Below, one piece after another: positions 1 to 6,565 of a stretch of DNA of 7,963 nt. The DNA is from a virus (lineage: Duplodnaviria > Heunggongvirae > Uroviricota > Caudoviricetes): the IMG/VR virus record IMGVR_UViG_2636416161_000013, positions 1 through 7,963 of that record, one strand, 5' to 3'. Positions within the stretch are counted from its first letter, which is position 1; every line of letters starts with the position of its first letter. Made by a program: the position numbers and the translations under genes. The notes beneath the pieces were generated by a model, which did no database searches, was not told where the DNA came from, and was given only the letters and a program-made list of their open reading frames with translations.

Positions 1-680
1 GCCACAGGAACCGAACGGGATTTTCCGTTTTTGGTGTTAAAGAACGTCACCCGGTTGCCAACGATATGCTCTCCACGTAGTTCCGATGCTTCACTCCATC
101 GGGCACCAGTAGAAAGACACAGAATGGCAACACGACGCGCATCACCCTCCAGTCGCTCAAGAAGCCGTTCAATCTCATCATCAGAAAGAAAGGCCATCTC
201 TGTGTTCTGAACTTTCAGTTTTCGTATACCGCGTACAGGGTTCGCGTTGTGAAAGACCTCAGCTTCAATCAGCACCGTGAACATGGTAGACAGAACGCAC
301 AAGTCACGATTAATGCTGGATGGCATTAAGCCGGCCTGTAATTTCTCTGACCGATACTCAAGCATAAATTTTTGCGTCATCTGGCTGGCACGCGGATCTC
401 CCATTTCACGAATCACTTTCTCCATCCGGATCCTGTAGGTATCACCGTAAGCCTGGTTACGGCCATCAAGCATCCACCATATATCAAGCAGCTCTGATAA
501 TCTCCGTCGATCAGCAGGTTTAGCCAGCCATGGGTTGTTATGGAAATTCTGTAAAATATGTTCTTTGAAGGCCTCCGCACTCCCTTTCCTGACAAAAATT
601 TTACGTATCCGTTTGCCGTACGCCCCTTGGGGCCTGATATCGAGCAGCCATCGCCCATCATCCATCTTTCTGATCGACAT
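1..680 (-). CDS. Tyrosine recombinase / phage integrase, P2/186-like class; N-terminal 226 codons only, C-terminal catalytic end lies beyond the left window edge
   Basis: Minus-strand frame with ATG at 680-678 and no in-frame stop down to position 3; not in the supplied ORF track because it runs off the edge. Translation MSIRKMDDGRWLLDIRPQGAYGKRIRKIF...VAILCLSTGARWSEASELRGEHIVGNRVTFFNTKNGKSRSVPV shows an arm-binding-type N-terminus and the conserved LSTGARxSEA box carrying the first catalytic Arg of tyrosine recombinases. Strong SD AAGGAGG lies 10 nt upstream, inside the 3' end of the primase gene; primase stop TAA (685-683) is 2 nt from this ATG. Confidence 0.8.
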   Translation of the reverse strand, partial: MSIRKMDDGRWLLDIRPQGAYGKRIRKIFVRKGSAEAFKEHILQNFHNNPWLAKPADRRRLSELLDIWWMLDGRNQAYGDTYRIRMEKVIREMGDPRASQMTQKFMLEYRSEKLQAGLMPSSINRDLCVLSTMFTVLIEAEVFHNANPVRGIRKLKVQNTEMAFLSDDEIERLLERLEGDARRVAILCLSTGARWSEASELRGEHIVGNRVTFFNTKNGKSRSVPV

Positions 681-682
681 AC

Positions 683-3352
683 TTAAGCCCCCTCCTTGTT
701 ACTAAATATCCAGCATTTCAATACCTCCTTCTCTCTGGCCTCGGCTATTCCCCTCCCGGCGTTCGCCTGTCTGGATACCTCGCTACGGACGGGCTTGTAT
801 CCAATCAGCGATCGAGAACGGCCAGCCTTGAGAAGCTTTATCATTTCGGGATTGGTTTGGATCTTCACGTGGTGAACGGCGGCAACCTGCTCAAGTTGCG
901 GGATACTGACGGCAAACTCATTCTGCCGTCCCTTGCCAAAATGATTTACGCCGTATGCTGTGATGCCGTCCAGATAGTCGAACGCCTCCCAGAACGCCAT
1001 CACTTCCGGCAAGTCATCCATTACCGCTTTAGCCTGCTCCTCTGCCATTCGCTCCAGTTCCAGACATGTGGCATCAAGCCATTCATCCGGGATATCAATA
1101 ACGCATTTCAGCGCCCTGACCAGTGCAATTAGTTGCGCGTGATTTTTGGCAATACGCTGATGGCGAATATTCTCGCAACCGTAAAGGCGGGTTGTTTCAG
1201 AATCCGAGAGTGCCATAAACAGATCCATAATCGCCCGCTCCTGGCTTACTGCCCGATGGATAAAACCTGATACCTGCTCAACGGGGTAAAGCTCCAGCCG
1301 TTTTGCTGCCAGTCGGCTATCTGGTGAGTGGCGTTTTTTATCGGTGTATATACGTACCAGACGCTCGATAATTGCCGATGAGGCGTTTACCGTGGCATTC
1401 TGCGCAATCACGACAGCCCCTTTAAAAACGGGGTCATATGTGGCGTTATCATTAGTTTTAACACCACGTACCCCAATACCACCGCCGTTATAGAGGCTTT
1501 TCAGGTTATCAAAGTCAAACGCACCTCTTTTTTGCGCATTGTCCCCCCGGTCTGCTTCAATCAGAACAACAGGTAATCCGGCGACCTGTCCAAAAGTTCG
1601 CTTCCAGCCTGATTCCGATCCTTTGGTTGGATCAACACCTTCATAGTTGTCACGGCCACACAAACGCCAACAAAAATCAATCAGCGTTGTTTTACCCGTT
1701 CCAGGCTCTCCGGTAATCTCAAGAAAAGGGTAAGACGTGTTTTTCTGCCTGATTTGTTCGCTGAACAACGAACCCAGCCAGAAGGCCAGGGTAATAATTC
1801 CCTTTTCACCAAAAGCCAGCCAGAGATCTTCCACCCAGGATATTGTGAATTTATCCGGTTTTTTATAGTTAATCTGCAATATTGGTTTTTTATTCAATGG
1901 TTTTGCGTTTATGCCATCAATTTCAAAATAATCCTCTTCATTGATTTCGTAGGTTTTACCATTACAAACCGCGACATCATTAAACAGCCACGCGCCAATC
2001 TCTTTGTTGTATCCGATAAAATCCTGACCGATAACATTTTTTATTGCGGGAAGGTCATTTTTTATTAATGCATCAAGGTGCGCAGTCGTTCCGGTATAAA
2101 TACCGCCTTTTGCCACATGCAACAGGCGTTTTTTAAATTCAGATGCGGATGTTAATTGTCCTGATGTAAAGGTGTTTTTCACCGTCGCACCATCCGGGAA
2201 CGTAACACGGAAGTAATACCATGCTTCATCCGTGTCATTGTTTCGAATGTAATAAAGCGGCGCCGGGTTACAGTTTGCGATTTCTTTTACAGCGCCGGAT
2301 TCCTTAAGTGCAATTTTGCGCGCTTCATCTTCGTCAACATTTCGCTCATTTATGACGCGTTCAACAGCCTTCATATGGCGCTCAATATCCAGTTTGAACC
2401 AGAAAACACGGTTATCAAAAGTAAAATGAAATTCCTTTCGCTCACGAAAGGAAAACATTATCAGCGCCTTATCTCTCGGAGATTTTGCCAGCAATAAATC
2501 ACCGTAATAACGGTATCTTTTCACATCATGGCCACGCAGCTTTCCGGCGATGTGTAAATCATTCCAGTCGCGTTTATTACTGTTTTTTCCTGGTAACGCC
2601 GCTGCCGTTCTCCAGCCGTCTTCGGCGCTGCGTTCTGCATGTTTTTTCGCATAACGCTCACCCGCACGCCCGTTATCCAGCGCCCACACGATAACCGGAC
2701 GGGGATTATCCCCGCACAGCTTCGCCAGCTCTTCCAGCGCCTTATCAGGGTAGTTTACGGCAGACATGACAGAAACGGCCGCAATGCCATTCTGGTTAAG
2801 GCTGATGGCATCAAAGATACCCTCACAAATCCAGATTTCTTTGGCCTTGCTTAAATCATCTCCCGGATAAGCCCACCACAACCCCTTGTAGCTGCCGGAA
2901 AAATTCGCCTTGCGCGCGAAGCGTTCCGGTCGGTCTATGATGCGCTCCCACCACACGCCGTCAGCCAGTGTAAAACGCACAGTAGCGGCCTGTTCGCCGC
3001 TTTCCTTGTCCTGGTATCGCTCCTGAGTAAATGCTCCCTTCAGTGGCTCCACAGCAATATTGCGTGCTTCCAGAAGATAAGCTGTCGCCGCTGCGTATGG
3101 ATTGTCTTTCGTGCTGATATAGCGATCTGACCATGATGAAAACACATCCGGGTAAAGTTCTTTGGTCAACAGGTCTGTACCGCATTTATTTTCGCGCCCA
3201 CAGTGCACGATGTACGGCCTTTCAAGGCTGGTAAAGAGCTCCTTCTTTCCACATTGCGGACAAACACCATACCGGAGGTAGTTATTTTCTTCTTTGAAGT
3301 TGTAATCACGGATAAGACGGTTAATAATCTCTTTTCTGGTGTTATGTTTCAT
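683..3352 (-). CDS. P4 alpha-like bifunctional DNA primase / helicase (zinc ribbon, EGYATA/TOPRIM-like primase domain, P-loop NTPase)
   Basis: 889-aa ORF. CPQC...HCGRENKCG zinc-ribbon (about 3179-3262); ICEGIFDAISL primase motif resembling the EGYATA signature (about 2798-2830); Walker A GEPGTGKT verified on the nucleotides at 1688-1711; Walker B-like VVLIEAD (about 1550-1570). SD GGGGG about 8 nt upstream of the ATG at 3352. Confidence 0.9.
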   Translation of the reverse strand: MKHNTRKEIINRLIRDYNFKEENNYLRYGVCPQCGKKELFTSLERPYIVHCGRENKCGTDLLTKELYPDVFSSWSDRYISTKDNPYAAATAYLLEARNIAVEPLKGAFTQERYQDKESGEQAATVRFTLADGVWWERIIDRPERFARKANFSGSYKGLWWAYPGDDLSKAKEIWICEGIFDAISLNQNGIAAVSVMSAVNYPDKALEELAKLCGDNPRPVIVWALDNGRAGERYAKKHAERSAEDGWRTAAALPGKNSNKRDWNDLHIAGKLRGHDVKRYRYYGDLLLAKSPRDKALIMFSFRERKEFHFTFDNRVFWFKLDIERHMKAVERVINERNVDEDEARKIALKESGAVKEIANCNPAPLYYIRNNDTDEAWYYFRVTFPDGATVKNTFTSGQLTSASEFKKRLLHVAKGGIYTGTTAHLDALIKNDLPAIKNVIGQDFIGYNKEIGAWLFNDVAVCNGKTYEINEEDYFEIDGINAKPLNKKPILQINYKKPDKFTISWVEDLWLAFGEKGIITLAFWLGSLFSEQIRQKNTSYPFLEITGEPGTGKTTLIDFCWRLCGRDNYEGVDPTKGSESGWKRTFGQVAGLPVVLIEADRGDNAQKRGAFDFDNLKSLYNGGGIGVRGVKTNDNATYDPVFKGAVVIAQNATVNASSAIIERLVRIYTDKKRHSPDSRLAAKRLELYPVEQVSGFIHRAVSQERAIMDLFMALSDSETTRLYGCENIRHQRIAKNHAQLIALVRALKCVIDIPDEWLDATCLELERMAEEQAKAVMDDLPEVMAFWEAFDYLDGITAYGVNHFGKGRQNEFAVSIPQLEQVAAVHHVKIQTNPEMIKLLKAGRSRSLIGYKPVRSEVSRQANAGRGIAEAREKEVLKCWIFSNKEGA

Positions 3353-3364
3353 ATATAAATCCCC

Positions 3365-3393
3365 CCCACTGCACCTTTTGCAGTGGGTTTTTT
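3365..3393 (+). terminator. Hairpin (9-bp stem CCCACTGCA / TGCAGTGGG, 5-nt loop) followed by TTTTTT on the plus strand; intrinsic-terminator-like in the plus orientation
   Basis: Perfect inverted repeat 3365-3373 / 3379-3387, T-run 3388-3393. In the sense (minus) orientation it is preceded by an A-run and followed by GGGGAUUUAUAU, so it is not a canonical sense terminator; it abuts the primase SD. Confidence 0.5.
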
Positions 3394-3398
3394 ATTAA

Positions 3399-3698
3399 TT
3401 ACTCGTTGCTTATTGCTTTGGCAATCCCGGCGGTTTCGGCGCTATGCCATGAAAAAATTCCGCCGGATGAATGCATACCAGATTTTATTGATTGTAATTC
3501 CCTATAAATAATGTTAGACAGAGATGCAATTTCTTCATTTATAATTTCTGCTGATGCTCTGCCATTTTTATCGTCAAAAACCACAGATATTAAACTGACG
3601 AGATTAATCACATCTGTGAGATCTTCCTTTGCACTTTCTGTAAAAAAGCCAACATATTCTCTATCTAAAAAATTTTCGCTATTCTGACGTTTAGACAT
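3399..3698 (-). CDS. Hypothetical protein, 99 aa, moderately acidic, AT-rich gene
   Basis: ORF with ATG at 3698 and SD GGGGAG 5 nt upstream; stop TAA at 3401-3399. I counted about 15 Asp+Glu against 9 Lys+Arg. Visibly more AT-rich than flanking genes. No motif recognised. Confidence 0.6.
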   Translation of the reverse strand: MSKRQNSENFLDREYVGFFTESAKEDLTDVINLVSLISVVFDDKNGRASAEIINEEIASLSNIIYRELQSIKSGMHSSGGIFSWHSAETAGIAKAISNE

Positions 3699-3765
3699 AA
3701 AAACTCCCCGACCCGTTAAGGCCGAAATATAAATTTAATTCAGTTATCAGTTGGTAATTCGGGAA

Positions 3766-3996
3766 TCAGGCGGAAAGCTGCGTCACCTTCAACGCCCTGA
3801 AATGTGTCATTCCCAGCTCTTCCAGCCCTTCGGCTGCGCGGCGTATGGCTTCGCCCGGTCCCGTTCCGTATACCGTTGCATGTGCATGTGCATGTGCATG
3901 TTTGGTTAACCCACGTTTATTAACGGCATAACCCAACACAAAGAAACGTTTTTCACCACTGCCATTATTTTTACGGGATGTTGAACGGGTTTTCAT
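3766..3996 (-). CDS. Hypothetical protein, 76 aa, containing an internal (His-Ala)4 repeat
   Basis: ATG at 3996 overlaps the stop of the upstream ORF in an ATGA arrangement (translational coupling). Encodes KHAHAHAHAT from a hexanucleotide tandem repeat. No family recognised. Confidence 0.6.
   Translation of the reverse strand: MKTRSTSRKNNGSGEKRFFVLGYAVNKRGLTKHAHAHAHATVYGTGPGEAIRRAAEGLEELGMTHFRALKVTQLSA
3876..3899. repeat. Perfect hexanucleotide tandem repeat (GCATGT)x4 on plus = (CATGCA)x4 in sense, inside the 76-aa CDS
   Basis: Direct reading: gcatgt gcatgt gcatgt gcatgt at 3876-3899; in frame it encodes His-Ala x4. Confidence 0.9.
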
Positions 3997-4181
3997 TTCT
4001 TCACCTTTACCACTGATGCTGTGAGTTCTTCTTCTGGCAACTGATATTTCGGCGCAATTTCTTCCGTATACCTGATAGCGTCCCTTGCCGCTTTTCCTTT
4101 TGATTTATATTTATATGTGGTCCGGTAGTTTTCTTCCTCTCCTGTTACCACATTACGCAATTTAATATGAATCTCGTACAT
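3993..4181 (-). CDS. Hypothetical small protein, 62 aa (MYEIHIKLRN...)
   Basis: I prefer the internal ATG at 4181 over the track start at 4211: it has SD GGAGGGG 5 nt upstream and sits 2 nt after the stop of the preceding ORF, whereas 4211 has no usable SD and overlaps the upstream gene. Lys/Glu-rich; no motif recognised. Confidence 0.55.
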   Translation of the reverse strand: MYEIHIKLRNVVTGEEENYRTTYKYKSKGKAARDAIRYTEEIAPKYQLPEEELTASVVKVKK

Positions 4182-4183
4182 CG

Positions 4184-4366
4184 TTACCCCTCCATGATTT
4201 TTACTGCGCATTTGTGGGTTAATCGCCCCTGTTCATTCGTGCGGCTGTACTCCATGCGGCTGGCAGCACGCAGGGCATCATCACAGGTCTGATATTCCCT
4301 GACATGAAAAAACTGACGAACGTCGCCGCTCTGGCAGTTAATCAGGGTGATAAGGAGCTTAAACAT
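4184..4366 (-). CDS. Hypothetical small protein, 60 aa (MFKLLITLINCQSGD...)
   Basis: I prefer the ATG at 4366 (SD GGGAGG 6 nt upstream) over the track start at 4444, which is a GTG. It overlaps the stop of the upstream ORF as ATGTTTAA. No motif recognised. Confidence 0.55.
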   Translation of the reverse strand: MFKLLITLINCQSGDVRQFFHVREYQTCDDALRAASRMEYSRTNEQGRLTHKCAVKIMEG

Positions 4367-4886
4367 TGCACGCCTCCCGGATACGAATACGGGCAACAAA
4401 GACCAGACGGGATGCCGGAAGCAGGGCGCGCGCTTCGCGCTCACTGGCAGCGGTAACGGTATGAAGGCGAATATTTTTACCGTGGCACTGCATAAAGCGC
4501 CAGATAAAATCAGGGCGTGTTGATATAGCCATTTTGGCGGCTCCTTGATTAAGTTTACGGAGTCTCGCCAGCACGCTGCTAAACATGGTGGCGGGACGTA
4601 ACAGGGTTAGCAGACTGGCAATCAAGGAACCAGCGAGCGCAAAGGCTCCCCCATTACGCCCCGCCATAATACGGGGTAGGGTGGAATTACGGGCACAAAA
4701 AAACCGCATTACGGAAATATAGCGGCTACCCGCTTGATTGTTCAGGCTGCTAAACCCGGCACCCGCTTTATGAGGTGCGGGCAAACGATACGCCATGACA
4801 AAAAAGCGAGTCAAGCAATATTGCAAATTATTTTTGCTCACTTGCGCTGAGTGATTGATTTTAAAGAGTAAAAAAGCCATAATCAT
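4359..4886 (-). CDS. Hypothetical protein, 175 aa from the ATG at 4886, or about 145 aa if translation starts at the ATG at 4796 (MAYRLPAPHKAG...)
   Basis: Long minus-strand ORF whose stop overlaps the next gene start. The first 30 codons are AT-rich with only a weak SD (AGGCAGAA), so the true start is uncertain. No family recognised. Confidence 0.5.
   Translation of the reverse strand: MIMAFLLFKINHSAQVSKNNLQYCLTRFFVMAYRLPAPHKAGAGFSSLNNQAGSRYISVMRFFCARNSTLPRIMAGRNGGAFALAGSLIASLLTLLRPATMFSSVLARLRKLNQGAAKMAISTRPDFIWRFMQCHGKNIRLHTVTAASEREARALLPASRLVFVARIRIREACNV
4855..4883 (+). promoter_or_regulatory. Candidate sigma70-type promoter on the plus strand (TTGATT -17 bp- CATAAT), antisense to the small-ORF operon
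   Basis: -35-like TTGATT at 4855-4860 and -10-like CATAAT at 4878-4883 with a 17-bp spacer; a plus-strand hairpin/T-tract lies about 70-100 bp downstream. Motif match only, in an AT-rich region; weak evidence. Confidence 0.3.
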
Positions 4887-4948
4887 TTCTGCCTATTACT
4901 TCTTATTGCTGACTTTAGGTGCATTAAATGCACATCCTTGACTGGTTG

Positions 4949-4980
4949 GCTCGCTAGCTTCAGCGAGCTTCTTTTTTTTT
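4949..4980 (+). terminator. Rho-independent terminator-like hairpin on the plus strand (7-bp GC-rich stem GCTCGCT / AGCGAGC, 6-nt loop, then TTCTTTTTTTTT)
   Basis: Inverted repeat 4949-4955 / 4962-4968 followed by a T-tract at 4969-4980, nine of them consecutive. In the minus orientation the hairpin is preceded by an A-run and followed by non-U sequence, so it is oriented against the genes. Confidence 0.6.
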
Positions 4981-5080
4981 GCTCTGCTGCCAGTCCTTGG
5001 CCTCCTTCCCCCACATGTAGCAATACGTTCAGATCTGTAAGTTTTGCCACCCAGTGATGGACGCAATAAACCACCAACGC

Positions 5081-5401
5081 TTATTCAACTCTGGCGCTAC
5101 CGGATTCTCTCTCCCTTTTCTTTTTGGCGTTTTCGTATGGGTTATTCACTTTGGCAATAACTGGCGGATTACGTAGCCACCACAAAACATCACTTAACAG
5201 CCAGGTACATGAGCAACGCCCCAAAGAGTGACGAGGAGGAAAAGCACCGATCTTCTCCAGTTCCCAGCGGCGGGAGCGTGAAAGCGTGGTCATTTTTTTA
5301 CACTTCTCTTCCCTGATGCGTTCTTCGCAGTCAAAGCCATACTCGGCGAGTATGGTGCGGCGCTGTTCTGGAGTTGGTGGAATGAATGCGGATTGAGTCA
5401 T
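5081..5401 (-). CDS. alpA: AlpA-family (prophage CP4-57 regulatory / P4 Vis-like) helix-turn-helix transcriptional regulator, 106 aa with an N-terminal extension
   Basis: Translation contains MTTLSRSRRWELEKIGAFPPRHSLGRCSCTWLLSDVLWWL, matching the AlpA-type HTH pattern (SRST-like turn, G.FP, LG, W, Wl) as I recall it. ATG at 5401 with SD GGGGGA 4 nt upstream; an internal ATG at 5293 would give the about 70-aa core only. Confidence 0.8.
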   Translation of the reverse strand: MTQSAFIPPTPEQRRTILAEYGFDCEERIREEKCKKMTTLSRSRRWELEKIGAFPPRHSLGRCSCTWLLSDVLWWLRNPPVIAKVNNPYENAKKKRERESGSARVE

Positions 5402-5496
5402 ATTTCCCCCTATGTTTCTGAACTTTCGGGGGAGATTTTTGTTTTACGGAGTTTTGAAAGCAAGTATTAAAGGTCTTATTAAGATGCTTGCTGGTC

Positions 5497-6549
5497 TTAC
5501 TGAGATGATGCTTTAATCCATCTTGATATAGTACTTTTATCAAAGCGCATATTGAGTCCTGCCTCTCTTGCTTCCGCGGTCAATATATCAGCAAGTTTTA
5601 CCGGATTGTTTTCGAGTTCTTTATAATGAATAACAAGCATCGCACGAAAAAAATCCTTCATTGTTTTAGATAATCGTTCTATATTGTTTTTATTGGTGCA
5701 TATGTCTTTCTCTCCATCCTCAGAACTTAATATATTGTTACCCGCACACAAATATAAAGTATCTGCCAATGGATTAACATAATCTTTTCTTAACTCGCTA
5801 TTGGAGTTTGTAGCATTTTGTATTTTTAAAAAATCATTCTTTAAGATATATAAATCACCAATATCAAAAGAAACATCCTCAGTAACAATTAGTCCTATAT
5901 GTATATCAACGTCAGAAGCAATTATAATATTGCTATTAATTATTCGGTTGGCTTTAAACTTCTTATTAAAATCATAGTTGGCAAAAAAACTTCCCCCCAA
6001 AGCGAAAATGCCGCCTATTTCAACAAAATACTTATGGTATTTTTCTTGAATACCTTTAAATACTGGTGGCACAACTGCCACAGCTCTTTCATCCGTTGCT
6101 ATTCGATATACACTATATATGTGATAATTTTCCCCATAATATACCCCCCTGTTATAATAATTTAACAAAGCAAATGCAGTATCAATTGCTATGTCACCAA
6201 ATTTGGGCGCTACATATGAATGACTTAGAGATTCGCACATTGAATCAAATATAATTCTCGACTTGGTTTTTATATAATTAAAACCATGGTGTTCTGCCGC
6301 CCTTTCTGAAATGGCATCAAGATCAGATAACCGTGATTTACACGGTTCTGAATCCATAAACTTACGCAGACAATCGAAATTAACCACATCTTTTTCATCT
6401 GGGATATTTAATACTCCATATGCAGATTCAATTTTTATACAAATACGAATGCAGCCTGTCACAGCCCAATGAATAAGATCGTCAATATCGCAGTCTAATA
6501 ACTTTGCCGCGCGCTCAATAGGATAGTAATCTCTTAGTGGTAACGTCAT
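5497..6549 (-). CDS. Hypothetical protein, 350 aa, AT-rich gene immediately downstream of the integrase; function unknown
   Basis: ORF starts 16 bp after the integrase stop on the same strand with a weak SD. Asn/Ile/Tyr/Asp-rich product. N-terminal YYPIERAAKLLDCDIDDLIHWAVTG and C-terminal KSTISRWIK segments look HTH-like but match no motif I can name; no P-loop or other catalytic signature seen. Confidence 0.75.
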   Translation of the reverse strand: MTLPLRDYYPIERAAKLLDCDIDDLIHWAVTGCIRICIKIESAYGVLNIPDEKDVVNFDCLRKFMDSEPCKSRLSDLDAISERAAEHHGFNYIKTKSRIIFDSMCESLSHSYVAPKFGDIAIDTAFALLNYYNRGVYYGENYHIYSVYRIATDERAVAVVPPVFKGIQEKYHKYFVEIGGIFALGGSFFANYDFNKKFKANRIINSNIIIASDVDIHIGLIVTEDVSFDIGDLYILKNDFLKIQNATNSNSELRKDYVNPLADTLYLCAGNNILSSEDGEKDICTNKNNIERLSKTMKDFFRAMLVIHYKELENNPVKLADILTAEAREAGLNMRFDKSTISRWIKASSQ

Positions 6550-6565
6550 TCTTTTCGCTCACATA

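Noticed and set aside
413-661. 82-aa minus-strand ORF from the track
   Set aside because: It lies entirely inside, and out of frame with, the much longer tyrosine-recombinase reading frame (680 to the window edge), which has a strong SD and conserved recombinase motifs; it is an overlapping alternative-frame artefact.
857-2854. Plus-strand ORFs 857-1132, 1754-2068, 2485-2694 and 2639-2854
   Set aside because: All are antisense shadow ORFs inside the primase-helicase gene, with no motifs and His/Arg/Cys-rich or oddly hydrophobic composition typical of wrong-strand translation.
2961-3185. 74-aa minus-strand ORF inside the primase gene
   Set aside because: Same strand but a different frame within the well-supported primase CDS, which has its Walker A and zinc ribbon in the other frame.
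3993-4444. Longer N-terminal extensions of the 62-aa and 60-aa ORFs (track starts at 4211 and 4444)
   Set aside because: The upstream starts lack a usable SD (4444 is a GTG) and would overlap the preceding genes extensively; the internal ATGs at 4181 and 4366 have strong SDs at ideal spacing and classic coupling junctions.
4883-5077. 64-aa minus-strand ORF in the alpA-downstream spacer
   Set aside because: It uses a TTG start with no SD, spans the terminator hairpin and T/A tract, and is Gly/Lys-rich and low-complexity; the region is more plausibly regulatory.
5331-5543. 70-aa minus-strand ORF overlapping the alpA start region
   Set aside because: It overlaps the alpA start and the stop region of the 350-aa gene in a different frame; no SD, His/Lys-rich, likely spurious.
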